Notes: generated from the sequence alone by a model not told the origin. DNA of 63,133 nucleotides, filler included, from Vannella sp. (GCA_023345925.1; 7 parts of 7 records of this genome joined end to end with filler, not necessarily neighbours in it), one strand, 5' to 3'; shown: positions 13,701 to 22,263, counted from the whole stretch's first letter. Numbers and translations are program-made.

Positions 13701-15043
13701 CTATCCTTTTCTATGATAAGGAAAATGTGATCAGAAGAGGAGAACATCGCGATCAACCTGTCCTTCTCATCATAGTAAGGCCCACTGAGTCCCACAGGCC
13801 GTGGTTCATATCCAGGGACCTTCAAAAAAGCGTAGCGGAGCATTAAAAAGGGCTCTGCTGCGATGATGATGGCGTCGCCGATCACGGCCATCAACGGCTT
13901 GATAGGTGAAGGGACGTTGAACTCGAGATCACGGGTATGGATCGCTTGCTGGCGACTACGAGCTTCAGATACAGCAAACGTTATGATTCGAGGGTTGCGT
14001 GAGAGGTCTAGGCCAACGAGGAAGTGAGAATCCCCGACTCTCATCGTACATATCTGAGATAGAAGAGCTTTCAGAGAGCACGTTGGGTCACCTGCACAGT
14101 AGGAGTTAGAAGATATCCCATTCATGAGTGATAAGAACGTACTATGGGAGATCAGGGTAGCTGACAGCATGGAAAAGGGGAAACAATCTGCGGGGGCCGA
14201 TGCCAAGCGGCGATGAGACACTAAAGTCTCCACAGCTTGCGTGAACGTTGGAGATGCACACTCCCGTGGCTGTTGAAGGAGCAAGAGGACCATCAAATGC
14301 GCAGAGAGCCCATCGCCAACTTGACGACATAGCGTGTCAAGGGCTTTGAAGCAGTCTTGCTGGAATTCTTCATCTGCTTGAGGGAAGGTACGCAGAGCTA
14401 CAGTAACCCAGTTCATGGTGCTTATCGTCAATGCCGTGAGAGCTTGACGCCCATTCCTGAGCTCTCCTCGCCCGATCAGAGACTTTCCGCTTGATTGACT
14501 CGCGAGTTGCTTGATTGAACGATGAACTAAGGATAGAGGGAGCTCATGAAGGCCTGCTGGATCCAGAAAGACCTGTAAGAACCCATCAAAAGAGGATTCG
14601 TCACGGAGCTGCTTTGCAGTGGAATGGACGATTGATCCGAAGCCAGGGAAGGAAGATAGATCGTGTAATAGCTCAAAGAGGTGTTTCCTTTTGCTCAACA
14701 GGTTGGGGAAGTGCTGTGGACCAACCAGCTCTTCTTCAGGGTCACGGATCGTGTCAAGTTGATCAGCGTAGCGAAGGAAAAGGTCCTGCAGCTGGCTGTG
14801 ATAGGCTGAGGCAGTCAGTCTTCTCTCCAGGGAAGAGACTTGCTTCCTCTCAATGATCGAAGCGGCAAACAGGCGCAAGTCAGCCGAAGAAAGAAAAGAA
14901 ACATCGCGAAGGACTTCCTCCACCGACAAGGACTGGTACTGAAGACGCAGTTTCTGCCTTACCAACATCTTTCTCTTCACTTCATCCATTTGCCATGATG
15001 AAAGACCACCAACCACGTAGCTATCCAAGTCCCGATGGGACAT
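4769..15043 (-). CDS. Giant HECT E3 ubiquitin ligase with SPRY domain (3424 aa, single exon)
   Basis: C-terminal HECT (FTGEDGIDEGG, FVQFTSG, LPTAHTC catalytic Cys). SPRY (FYFEG, GDTIGCG, NFGEKPF). Two ESNHPY/FPGA-type beta domains and an acidic linker. Confidence 0.92.
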   Translation of the reverse strand: MSHRDLDSYVVGGLSSWQMDEVKRKMLVRQKLRLQYQSLSVEEVLRDVSFLSSADLRLFAASIIERKQVSSLERRLTASAYHSQLQDLFLRYADQLDTIRDPEEELVGPQHFPNLLSKRKHLFELLHDLSSFPGFGSIVHSTAKQLRDESSFDGFLQVFLDPAGLHELPLSLVHRSIKQLASQSSGKSLIGRGELRNGRQALTALTISTMNWVTVALRTFPQADEEFQQDCFKALDTLCRQVGDGLSAHLMVLLLLQQPRECASPTFTQAVETLVSHRRLASAPADCFPFSMLSATLISHSTFLSLMNGISSNSYCAGDPTCSLKALLSQICTMRVGDSHFLVGLDLSRNPRIITFAVSEARSRQQAIHTRDLEFNVPSPIKPLMAVIGDAIIIAAEPFLMLRYAFLKVPGYEPRPVGLSGPYYDEKDRLIAMFSSSDHIFLIIEKDSNTPVDQRTPPEPRLLCLVCDLTILDEGEPEERGELVAVHHITFGVSQITEGFSRNWMSNGQLLLHMGPESALLIPDLNVPFVHTWAFHMPHLVCLDWVSQSLWMVSSTEVNRLDVKCHEASDTPASLAHVMWQSVNDLAVPSHNEELAWYAVSQLDQISEHLPWEYHLSLHQKTLLEEIFPGILTVALRPIARSAVQFPSTKELKHLLACLRLLQKHSCSLLQQRGYSQLTNSLHLDLSIKASTADFYLSSATSICDLFLTLRLENNLPVKELKRTLFYDVVGHAFALSLLSLWDHSEQLNVRLVPTLKQIYSLDVPLIHLRVNQSIQADLAAVEQLSETKHPVYQQRESILEMWKTLEVSKHAQCMELIGTLIHPVHVPFLIQVLSASEYVLQQMITESYPIDESPLLRSLLPLLVGQLWNEPIAEHEVALQTLLRIQQILYNHSQSRYADHGDSLLAKPGFFTKTKTIDITNPGRSYQEHEEEVEVSFPGADFITLTFTEDSSMGGNDEVRFFSDPVKRGEVTFFYQGVPKTMFDINQHKTICFERDQVLMMYYSADSDSRGIRVHATGYFSKQERIDGLFPFAVDLERSISCLCGQLISSIIQQSIQGSSTSLPSGLLNDKDGLLRGGLQTSEDKPFLNILFLHQLVEQSTEEAVNLVKVLRRLSSHTVLGSQEKSTAIEEMERIVFGAILHHCGLTNKAEACAASLVTHSVDEDDVVESNLASLVFLWNQSSYIREWAFVQHHEHGLSYFDLLEQAKERGSFIVDTLCPVHQPQVVEVSLPKQRRKRPSSLLSLNQEEALLSPPGIGRRSSSFASAGTPDFLEDSKSFGCFLQRLHALQSLQTIASCHASHYMHICSSVLQWVQSTSPSLPSVQEFLERKNQLCELRIRGYKLLLHFLQTPSFKVMSGYCVAKLEVPSNPLTKLRGASRFLQDALIQQYYELIHFLLPVDYERRPTLDTLYMCKFNISNASDLRFIQEKRFFFRMQDTILDVWLLGFVEHDGLLEYLVRLFCVTVVQCVQFSIDHSGDPLVEQVVTEMVEILCRLLDNKDHGRPWIVEELIKLVHGIRAHLIPSSSGVSLLPARETLVKTVISLLSKKFSQTAEMQSLLIQICFHQLIHLTPPQFSAILGSQSTITPRARTAKSWIEDILKTIGVSVRSYHFGDVQEPDFQFTGSEESNIPVLLRSGKKRQSFSNQQEPAKKRFKKSLDLVDGKETQLLGVVEEGSGQLRVIRELVWMLQKLLQCTSWYQTITRLVNSLLARTSLHNDSDSILVGCMAVMGGFTPDVFVSDETAVKAPPKSITFNAIIKSRVWDHCLVHSTSSKLSSALVPVSKSVLLEKPLTPMAPPELQKYLFQLLPDSGQELTINYALRILVNLPNPEPLPLPLEMLDYVHRLAVYQKALAPESVIELESESLVLRRMLIPGLENRKQEQRQMSCEIVLALIQQFVPHAIQPTLRNAPEGWDESLFDPMDLMLPCYLVADKSNITCNIQGKCKNSNTIPMAGNYPIPRPPWITSFYFEGRVGQLGELCTIGIGFSSVNHRLNTNHRLVQLTNKGKLWRIIEENGAEELSFSEGDTIGCGLHYPTQDSLIPYFYFIVNSPDRFTYLHRTVIDNSLLVCSATMLGAGCSMNLNFGEKPFLLVEHFVKWTQEHTFTEHLATKVETGPGSPIQDPEERMIEQLQNEGFYDEGELSAQEFGSSPECSGQHSEDDESSEDRNSDIDSQDEEDISGDETVMELLSDLQELRHSHPHLLENASDEGSSESLSSSEGHSILDSMSEDISSESDSDPNEEMLNELWNDYEEQGLGFDMSDNSEMDSNSTSSEDEENQIITPSFPKHGSSATIREIHTKFEWRGRSLPDSRQNYLPHWAGRGNQLTLPSRIGAVFPGDIVAEGSDQSLRLGTVLQVFYDKNALQIDFGSRQEILPIPLVVIFDHPSAAIGRSNPSEIQSQILFKESQLMQKLSLQCLSRWSDQLNLQYLIGNGSHKEATLFHLLCREYLKVPLMDKLDVVNSCSDGIVAPEITTPLRNVLDRLKSLLYESWTQELLNTPSETGKKRRKKKNRRTKKMAQIANTFLLTVQEEVTNANYVADIRQEKVKGNGCWMVRGRESSQLVLCSTVRTKNVLMPWEKPMVYSDPQCSNEIGSLLGGFHCSSNTVYINPPPRKAAVVFPRGELLPGEISKKGGNFAFLWASMTIVFELFETHSLPELVKWINGDAILLSLLKQLTIEPNLSESRLGVDAHLLSLLNRLLQLRTNPLPLEALQLIKQMTGWITFNLLLNAQARDTSVQISSWSHACFEFFLFHRKYFPVEVSKRHKFDLLAFSCRSSMDTMDVLLNTNSPQLETVIRRVVSRLFAIPEVRESNHPYTEAVAEEINFPHAISLLIAFDQRSSVNHMEIFKAKGTTKTLAEYDKYMTNYDYYQLMGSSLYYKVSLPKRPHHTHWGYMFSVTPVYNDSGMDYLFQENEKEANRMLELYLKFHQEVSISWTKQHDQQIIQLIEYFIAIDKRGGFFADVYDITQFIHHLSVDTMRRFPLLVGEDRHKIAYRAGLMIDLNDPAEVFTSYFSFQSANTDGTIAARLTKLRHLFLPYLKREQLKNITLMIEEEEALQSVTLSRTIESVPLFQQAFLQLERSHFSRSNEHMFEVLFTGEDGIDEGGLFREALAQMVKDIQGTLFVTTPNSQNSRGQELFVPHPGRTTPSDLRQFEFIGRLVGGALLSSSVFSGAAWPMLVWKSLLGESLNDEDYREVDALSFESTETLLNIDESQIDPESFADIISLTLTTRTLDGREVELVENGANLPVTWENRHEYARLVSQYRQNELSPQLAALREGFQVETRQFSFLFSWFLPEEVKILVEGERTIDLELLKMHTEYSNCTETSPVAQFLWKILESFDEQERKDFVQFTSGSPCLPSSWTHRHFTLFVARGMTEEYLPTAHTCSWRLDIPEYPNEAIFRQKLLLSLACADGFTFA

Positions 15044-15395
15044 GTCACCGCCTCTAGGCCAACAGAGAATGACTCATAAAAGGGACCCTTTCGCATGCTT
15101 TTCTTACATTTTGCATTTCCCTTACCGCCAGTCATCTCGTTTTTGGACTCGCTTGAAGGGAGTCTCTCAATCCCTCATTCGTCTTGAGAGGGAGTGGGCT
15201 GGACAGGAGAAGCGTGGAAGTGGATTGATTGGTGCTGTGGTGAGGTCTGAGTAAAGAGAACCTAGAAGTTGTGCCCGAAGACCAGCACTCCTGCTGTGAG
15301 TCCTGTGGGAACAGTAAAGAATGGCCGCAACTCAACCAGGGTTTCAACGAAGGCACTTAAGCCTGTTGGCCTTTCGTCCCTAATTGCCATTTTCC

Positions 15396-15495
15396 NNNNN
15401 NNNNNNNNNNNNNNNNNNNNNNNNNNNNNNNNNNNNNNNTTAATTAATTAANNNNNNNNNNNNNNNNNNNNNNNNNNNNNNNNNNNNNNNNNNNN
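15396..15495. other. Artificial contig linker
   Basis: N/TTAATTAATTAA/N. Confidence 0.97.
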
Positions 15496-15497
15496 TG

Positions 15498-16535
15498 ATG
15501 GGAATCGTCCTCACCCACCAGCCCATCTACTGGTCGTTTGGAGGCTACCTAGCCGGTTACTCCTTCTGCGCTATTCTTATTATTGTATTCACATTCACTT
15601 CCGCTCATCCCGAGCCTGTGTCAGAAGTAGAACTCGAAGAGAGTCAGGTTTCCCGATTAGAAGAAGGCAAGGCAGGTGGTGACCTTCACAGAGCAGACAG
15701 AATCATTGAAAACGTTGATGAATTTGATTCAGACACGCCATTCGCTCTTCCTGAACCTGCTCCTCCTCTATCAATGGACGAGAAACTCGACACACTTTCA
15801 GATCTCGCCCCCAAACTCGACCCAATCTCTGATTCTATCAGTGAAGATGATAGTGCTGTTCAGTTGGAGACTAGCTCTCTCCGTATTATCTTCAAAGTGA
15901 TGATGAAGAGAGAAGTATTGGTCTTCTACTTCTTGGTCTACCTTATGGGAGTGGCCACTTCCATCATCTGGGGCTTTCTTTTTCTGTTTATCAAGGATTT
16001 AGGGGGTTCAGAGACTCTCATGGGGATCTCGTTGGTCTTTGCCATGGCTACAGAGATTCCTTTTTTCTTTTTTAGTGGAACCTTGCTTTCTGTCTTTGGA
16101 GAAGTCTGGTTGATTGCTTCAGCCATGATAGCTTACATAATCCGCGTTCTGGGATACTCTATACTCGTCAACCCTTGGTGGGTTCTCCCGCTGGAACTAC
16201 TCCACGGTTTGTCCTTTGGGGCAATGTACGCTGCCGGAATTCACTATTCCAGCACCCTCTTCCCTCCAGAGCTATCTGCAACTGGACAAGGCATATTTAG
16301 CGGGATATTCTCCGGACTTGGCCCACTAACAGGAAGCCTAGTAGGTGGCTTTATGTACCAAACTTGCGGCCCGCGACAAATGTTCCGTGTTATGTCTTTC
16401 ATTGTGTCACTGGGTCTTCTTCTTCTGTTCGCTACCTTTTGGAGGGAACTTTATATGCGATTAACGATTGCTTGTGCCCGTCTAAGAACGTTGGATGAGC
16501 TCTTCCGGGCAAGCAACTCTCCAAAACACGACTGA
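15498..16535 (+). CDS. MFS transporter, MFSD6-like (5' truncated at contig edge)
   Basis: Multiple TM helices; motifs TEIPFFFFS, PWWVLPLELLHG, ATGQG. Confidence 0.85.
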   Translation: MGIVLTHQPIYWSFGGYLAGYSFCAILIIVFTFTSAHPEPVSEVELEESQVSRLEEGKAGGDLHRADRIIENVDEFDSDTPFALPEPAPPLSMDEKLDTLSDLAPKLDPISDSISEDDSAVQLETSSLRIIFKVMMKREVLVFYFLVYLMGVATSIIWGFLFLFIKDLGGSETLMGISLVFAMATEIPFFFFSGTLLSVFGEVWLIASAMIAYIIRVLGYSILVNPWWVLPLELLHGLSFGAMYAAGIHYSSTLFPPELSATGQGIFSGIFSGLGPLTGSLVGGFMYQTCGPRQMFRVMSFIVSLGLLLLFATFWRELYMRLTIACARLRTLDELFRASNSPKHD

Positions 16536-16699
16536 AGGAATCCTGAAACCGATCTGAAACTTCCTAAAGCTTGCAAATGAAACGAATCCCAAACCAGAAC
16601 CCAAGTTCCCTTATTTGGAGGCTGTTTATTCTTCCTTTCATCCTCCGAGTGCGCCTTCTTCTCCTGCTTGCTTTGCTTCTCTCCGTTGCTTGCACCCTT

Positions 16700-17150
16700 C
16701 CTCAGTTTCAGAAGGACTCTCTTACCGCCATCCTTTACGGATCATTCATTCAAGTAAGTCGTAAGACCGTTGGTCGTCTTAGGTCCCCATCCAAGAACCT
16801 TCTTGGAATGGAATCATCATAAGACAGTGAATACTGAGATAGGAGATCATTAACTGACTAGTCCCAGGACACTGGTTTAATCAAGATCTGTGCAACACTT
16901 CCAGAATGGGAGAATCCTGCCCACCATGTGAGTTCTCGTAAGCCGGAATAAGGTAGTGCATTACATCCTATCTGACGGCAAGAGCGCAACTAAGAGGGAA
17001 GATCACTCAACAATAGATCACACAAACTTGTCCAACAATCTAATCACCCTTCCATATTGGGGGATGACACTCGCTTATGTAACTCTAGAAAGAACCAATC
17101 GTCTATGTAATCCGCGTATCATATGCCCCGGATTCAAGGCGAATTCAGGG
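16700..17150 (-). ncRNA. Candidate structured ncRNA / snoRNA cluster
   Basis: No credible ORF. Several hairpins whose wobble pairs are mostly G-U on the minus strand. C box ATGATGA (16814-16820), D boxes CTGA (16702-16711), H/ACA-like motifs. Confidence 0.4.
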
Positions 17151-17155
17151 AATGT

Positions 17156-18658
17156 TTAGATGAGGCGGGGAGCCCAAGTTTCTAAACTGACTCGAAGAGA
17201 GTCTTCCGGTATTTCGGGAGCTCGAGGGCTGCTGTACGAGTACCAGAAGTAGAAATAGCCTGCCTGGAAGGCATCATCTTGGGCAGAGATGAACCAGTGG
17301 CGGTTGTAAATGTCTGGGCCGTCAACATGACGGGGATAAGACCAAACCCAGTCGTAGTCACTCTTTGAAGGACGGCTTCCACACTTGACAAATAGCTGAC
17401 CCGTTGGGAAGGCTCTTAATACAATGCGCATCCATCGATATGGAGCAGTGCTCGGTACATGAAGCCGGTAGAAAGTGTCTGACCCATCCTGGCGGCCCAT
17501 TATCATTGTTACCGACGCTGCCAGCTCTACATCTGCATCCCCTTCTTGCACCACAAGCACTGCACTTGTTGCATCGATGTCCTTTGCTCGAAGGGAGAAA
17601 TAGATCGGTCCTGTGACCCCTGGTACAGTGCCAAATACATTGTAATCGCTTGTCCCTCCTCTAGCAGTGACCAGCAAGTCACTTGAAGCTACAAAACCCT
17701 CAGAAAAGGCTTCCATAAACACTGGCAAAGCTCCTACCATCAGTGGGATGAGAATGGGTCGTGCTAATCCACATATCTGTGGCCGACCGAAGACCAGTCA
17801 ATGTAAAGCGGATGGAATTGCTGATGTTCTGCGTATTGTACACAAAGAAAGTGTAATAATCAGGTCCAGGCTGACAATACTCGCTTACCCCATTCTCCAG
17901 TAAAAGGAGCGGACTAAAACGAGCCGCCAAGTCAGTAAGTCACTTTCTGTGGAACCTTCCTCACAAAGAAGTCAACTCCGCCGATTGCTTGAATGACCAC
18001 AGTCTCATTGAAAGAGAAGATACAGCTGGGCCATGAGAGAAGGAGCTCTGCTCCCACATAACCTGCCTCGAACCTTCCACTGAGATGTAGAACAAGTCCG
18101 GGATTCCTGCGCGGAAGTAGAGCAAGATCGATACGCCCCCAGTACCAGAGACGAGATCTTGTTGCCTTCTGAAGTAGGAGGGCACCTCCCCAGCCATCGT
18201 GTAGATGGAGTACTCTCCACAGAAACGGGTGGTTCCAACCATGAGGCTAACCTGCTCTCCTTCGGTCAGGTTGGCCACCAATGGAACCTGTATCTGGTAG
18301 AACATGTACTTGAAGGGAGCAATGACGATCTTGAGCGACTCTTCCATCGCAATCGGCTCCGCAATCTCGGGACTGAGTTGATCGAGATAGTCGTGGACAT
18401 TGGGGGAGTCTGAATGGCTCTTAGTCATAGTAGAAGAGTTGAGGAAGAGTTCTAACATTGTCTGTAAAGCTCAAGGTGAACAGAAGGCGAGGAGAAGGAG
18501 TTCGCCACCTGCTCTTGCACCAAGTCCATCGGATACGCATGAAAGAGACTCCCAAACCGCTCCCAAGCACTCTCCAACAACGACCAATGCTCATTACTGT
18601 CCCCATAACCGCTTTCACACTGCCAAAGCAACAGAACAACCAGCCAACACCTCCACAT
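17156..18658 (-). CDS. Secreted protein of unknown function with repeated beta-rich domains (3 introns)
   Basis: Signal-like MWRCWLVVLLLWQCESG at 18658. Three GT-AG introns of about 47-51 nt join the listed ORF fragments in frame. Confidence 0.7.
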
Positions 18659-18797
18659 GCCCTCCAGTCCCTGTCCCCCGCGTAATGACGTCATTCCCGC
18701 CCCATTCGACCCCTCCACCATCTCTCCTTCCCCTCTCTCCACACAGGATCGTCCAAACAGCCCCCAATAAGGTCATTCTTTGAACGCCCGCTGGGTG

Positions 18798-21497
18798 ATG
18801 AGTGTCCGCGGTCCGGTGAAGGGCTCTAAGCCTCATACGTTAGCCACTGTGTATCACAACTACGCTCCCAAGTCAGAGAATGAGATCGCCCTGGTCAAGG
18901 GAGAGAGTGTGCGAGTGTACGAGAAGTTTGAGAACGGCTGGTGGGTCGGCGAGACCTCTGCTGGGAAACTGGGCGTCTTCCCTGGTAGCTACGTGCGTGA
19001 GGATAAGCCGTTGGCCTCTGCTCCATCCCAAGCTTCCAGTACCCCTGCTAGCACCCCTGCAACGGCTGTGGAGGGAGGTTTAAGGAAACCTATTGGAAGA
19101 GCGCAGGTTCTCTACGACTACGAGGGGAAGACCTCGACAGAGCTCTCCCTGAAGAAGGGTGCAGTTGTTAACATTTTACGGAAGCTCCAAGACGATGGCT
19201 GGTGGCAAGGCGAGCACGAGGGGCGAGTGGGACACTTTCCCGGCAAATATGTCTGCGAGCTTGATGTTGTGGCCGCCCTGGCCACGAACCAGACCCTCCA
19301 ACCTACTGTGGAAACCAAAGTTACTGCTAACCCGTCTGCTGCTGCTGTCACTCTCAACGAACTGGGTTCGGCGACGAAAGGCGAGCAACCGTCCGAGGTT
19401 CTGGCGGACGACCGCTTTGCCATGGCTATGTACGACTACAACGGCATCTCTGATGACGAAGTGAGCTTCAAGAAGGGCTCCCTGCTTCGTATCAGCGCCC
19501 AGGGAGGAGATTCAGAGTGGCGATTCGGCATGCCAGTGTCGGAGAGGAAGGGTGGCGCCTTCCCCAGTCGATACGTGCGTGAGATCCTCTTAGAGGAGCT
19601 TGCAGAAGAAGGCGGAGCCTTTGAGCTGGCCTGTGCGCTGTACAACTTCCAAGCTCTTGACCCTTCAGAGCTGAACTTGAAGAAGGGCGACCTTGTTACT
19701 GTCCTACAGCCCGACGATCCTGATGCTTGGTGGAAAGGGAAGGTCAATGGAGAGTCAGGTCACTTCCCAGGTAACTATGTGAAGCTCCTTCCCACTCGCG
19801 CCGAGTACCTTCGCCTCATCCAGTCTGGAACGCCTGTCCAGTCTCGACAAGTCGTTCAACAAGTCGCTGCTCCTGCCGCGCCCACTGCAGTAGCTACGCC
19901 AGTCTCTGCTCCTGTGGCTCAGCCAGTAACGAGAGCAGTTGCACCCTCTGTGGTGGCAGCAGCTCCCGTCGTGGCTCCATCGCAAGCTCTCCCGACCCTC
20001 ACTCCTCAAGTGACGCAGCAGCCGCTTCCCAAAGCCCCTCCTAGTGCATCTACTGCCCCTCAAGAGACACAAAGGAACATACAAGAAGAGCAAGAGCGTC
20101 AAGAGGAGGTCCAGGAAGAGTCTTGGGGGGACGAGAGTGCCCCAGCCGACGAAGTCATGCAAGAAGAAGCCACTCCGCCCTCTAGCAACAGAGAAATCAC
20201 AATACTAGTCGACTCTGGAGACTCGAACTCATCTCCAGTGACCTCTCAAGTGGCCAAAGGCCCTCAAAAACCACCCGCTATCAGTTTGGCCTTCCCAGAC
20301 ATCCAAGCGCTTTACCCTGAGCAGCCGATTCCTGCCTTGAGCAGTCCTCGTTCTGATTATGTGAGCCCGCGAAAGTCGCCTCAAAAGAGCTCTTTGAGCA
20401 AGTCAAAGCTCGACACCCTTCCGAAAGGAAGTCGCAGAGGCAAGTCATCCTCTTCTACCGCGTCTTCTAGTCGCTCTCGTCGTAACAAGAGGACGCCTAC
20501 CATTATTGGGATGTGTGTGGCTCATTATGAGTATCACGCGGAACAGGAGAACATGATTTCATTCCCTTCAGGGGCAGTCATTAATGTTTACAGCAAAAAG
20601 CCGTCGGGATGGTGGAAGGGCGAGTTCCAGGGCAAAGAAGGATACTTCCCAGGTTCATATGTACGAGAGAAGACCTCTGGCACGGCTAAAAAGAAGCGAA
20701 TGTCCGCTGTGAGGGCGCTTTATGACTTCCAAGGAGAATCTGAAACTGAATTGACTTTCCATCGAGGAGATGTCTTCCAGCAGGCTGACTCTCCTTTGGT
20801 CGATGGCTGGGCCCGGGGAACTATTCAAGGACAACAAGGTTACTTCCCTTCTTCCTTTGTGGAAGTTGTTGAACTCTCCCGAGGGCTTTCCTCTGCTAAC
20901 GCGACCTCCAGCGGGAATATCCACGCCGCCTCTCATTCAGAGATTGAGGCACTCCGATCAATGGTTCTGTCATTGCAACAACAAGTTCACACTCTTCAAC
21001 CAGGTGTTGACACTCGCAAGAAGGGTGAAGAAGGACACATCATGAGACAGCTTGAAGAGAGTGAATTCATTCGTCAGAAGCAACAAGAGCAACTGCGCGG
21101 GATGGGGACTCGTATTGAGTCATTGGTTATTCAAGTGAACAAACAGAACGAACTTCTCATGAAGCAACAAGAAGTTATCCAGAAACTCTCTCAAGGCATC
21201 GCCACCGGAGAGATTCCCTCTGCCGCCCCCACCCGCGGAGTGTCCCCTTCCTACTCAGAACCAAGCTATAGCACTCACTCGGAGAGTACTCCTGGGGAGA
21301 TCCAAGGCCTCAGAGACCACTTAAACATCGAAGTGCGCCAACGGCGCGACCTCGAGTCAATCGTCCGAAAGCTTGAGACAGATCAGGAGGTTCTCTCCCG
21401 CTCTGTTTCACGACTACAGAGGAGCTTTGATGAGCAAAGCACGGTTGAATTGAGCACCAAAAGACTCCGCCGAACCGGCCGCGATCTCACACAATAG
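18798..21497 (+). CDS. Adaptor with six SH3 domains, Pro/Ala-rich linker and C-terminal coiled coil
   Basis: Six ALYDY...W...G.FP..YV-type SH3 signatures; heptad-rich C terminus. Confidence 0.9.
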   Translation: MSVRGPVKGSKPHTLATVYHNYAPKSENEIALVKGESVRVYEKFENGWWVGETSAGKLGVFPGSYVREDKPLASAPSQASSTPASTPATAVEGGLRKPIGRAQVLYDYEGKTSTELSLKKGAVVNILRKLQDDGWWQGEHEGRVGHFPGKYVCELDVVAALATNQTLQPTVETKVTANPSAAAVTLNELGSATKGEQPSEVLADDRFAMAMYDYNGISDDEVSFKKGSLLRISAQGGDSEWRFGMPVSERKGGAFPSRYVREILLEELAEEGGAFELACALYNFQALDPSELNLKKGDLVTVLQPDDPDAWWKGKVNGESGHFPGNYVKLLPTRAEYLRLIQSGTPVQSRQVVQQVAAPAAPTAVATPVSAPVAQPVTRAVAPSVVAAAPVVAPSQALPTLTPQVTQQPLPKAPPSASTAPQETQRNIQEEQERQEEVQEESWGDESAPADEVMQEEATPPSSNREITILVDSGDSNSSPVTSQVAKGPQKPPAISLAFPDIQALYPEQPIPALSSPRSDYVSPRKSPQKSSLSKSKLDTLPKGSRRGKSSSSTASSSRSRRNKRTPTIIGMCVAHYEYHAEQENMISFPSGAVINVYSKKPSGWWKGEFQGKEGYFPGSYVREKTSGTAKKKRMSAVRALYDFQGESETELTFHRGDVFQQADSPLVDGWARGTIQGQQGYFPSSFVEVVELSRGLSSANATSSGNIHAASHSEIEALRSMVLSLQQQVHTLQPGVDTRKKGEEGHIMRQLEESEFIRQKQQEQLRGMGTRIESLVIQVNKQNELLMKQQEVIQKLSQGIATGEIPSAAPTRGVSPSYSEPSYSTHSESTPGEIQGLRDHLNIEVRQRRDLESIVRKLETDQEVLSRSVSRLQRSFDEQSTVELSTKRLRRTGRDLTQ

Positions 21498-21559
21498 TGA
21501 CATTTCCCACTTTGCCTGATTCGCCTTTAAAGTCTTTCTACGACTATCTGAACGACTCT

Positions 21560-22263
21560 CTATTGTGTCTTCCACAAGTGGTGACTCTGGATGTACTCCT
21601 CCACTGCGGGGGGAGTCAAATAGCGAAGAGAGCGACATTCCCGGACGGCTCGGCGGATGGCTGTCGAGCTGATGCGGTCGAGGATGTTCTCTTCGCTGGT
21701 GTAGATGCGACTTCGGTTAGCTGTTAACATGGGATTGGCGGCAATGATCTCAGCAAGGTCACTTCCATGCCGAGGGATCACGACAATGCCAAACTCCTTC
21801 ACTATGGCCTCCATCTGGGTCTGTGGGTGAGTTACAGGTGTTGAGAGAGTAGCTAGTAGAGTAGACATACATCCTCTTCCTTCCAAACACCAGGAATGTT
21901 GAAGGTTTGGAGTAAATCAGCTCCGCAAAGCATCATCATGCGGATGGATGGGTCATGCTCAGCCTTGATATGACGTAGCGCTTCCAGCGTGGGTGTAAAG
22001 CTATCTTGATCCACTTCCCATGTGCTGACTTCAAGCCAAGGCGAGTCGAGCACAGCTAAGCGACACATTGCCACTCGATCCCCCGCCTTGGCTAAATCAG
22101 TCTTCTTGTAGCTGTCTGATACAGGAGAAAGGATCCCACGAGACACACGGAACCCCGCTTCTTCCATTACATGTTTGGCATCCTCAAAGCTGCGAAGATG
22201 CGCGTAGGTAACGGGAGAGAGCGAACCGCACATCACCAAGTTGATGGTCTCGCCTGTGGACAT
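21560..22263 (-). CDS. NMNAT: Nicotinamide/nicotinate mononucleotide adenylyltransferase (1 intron)
   Basis: CGSLSPVTYAH, SPVSDSYKK, LCGADLL, ISSTAIR, YIQSHHLW. Confidence 0.92.
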
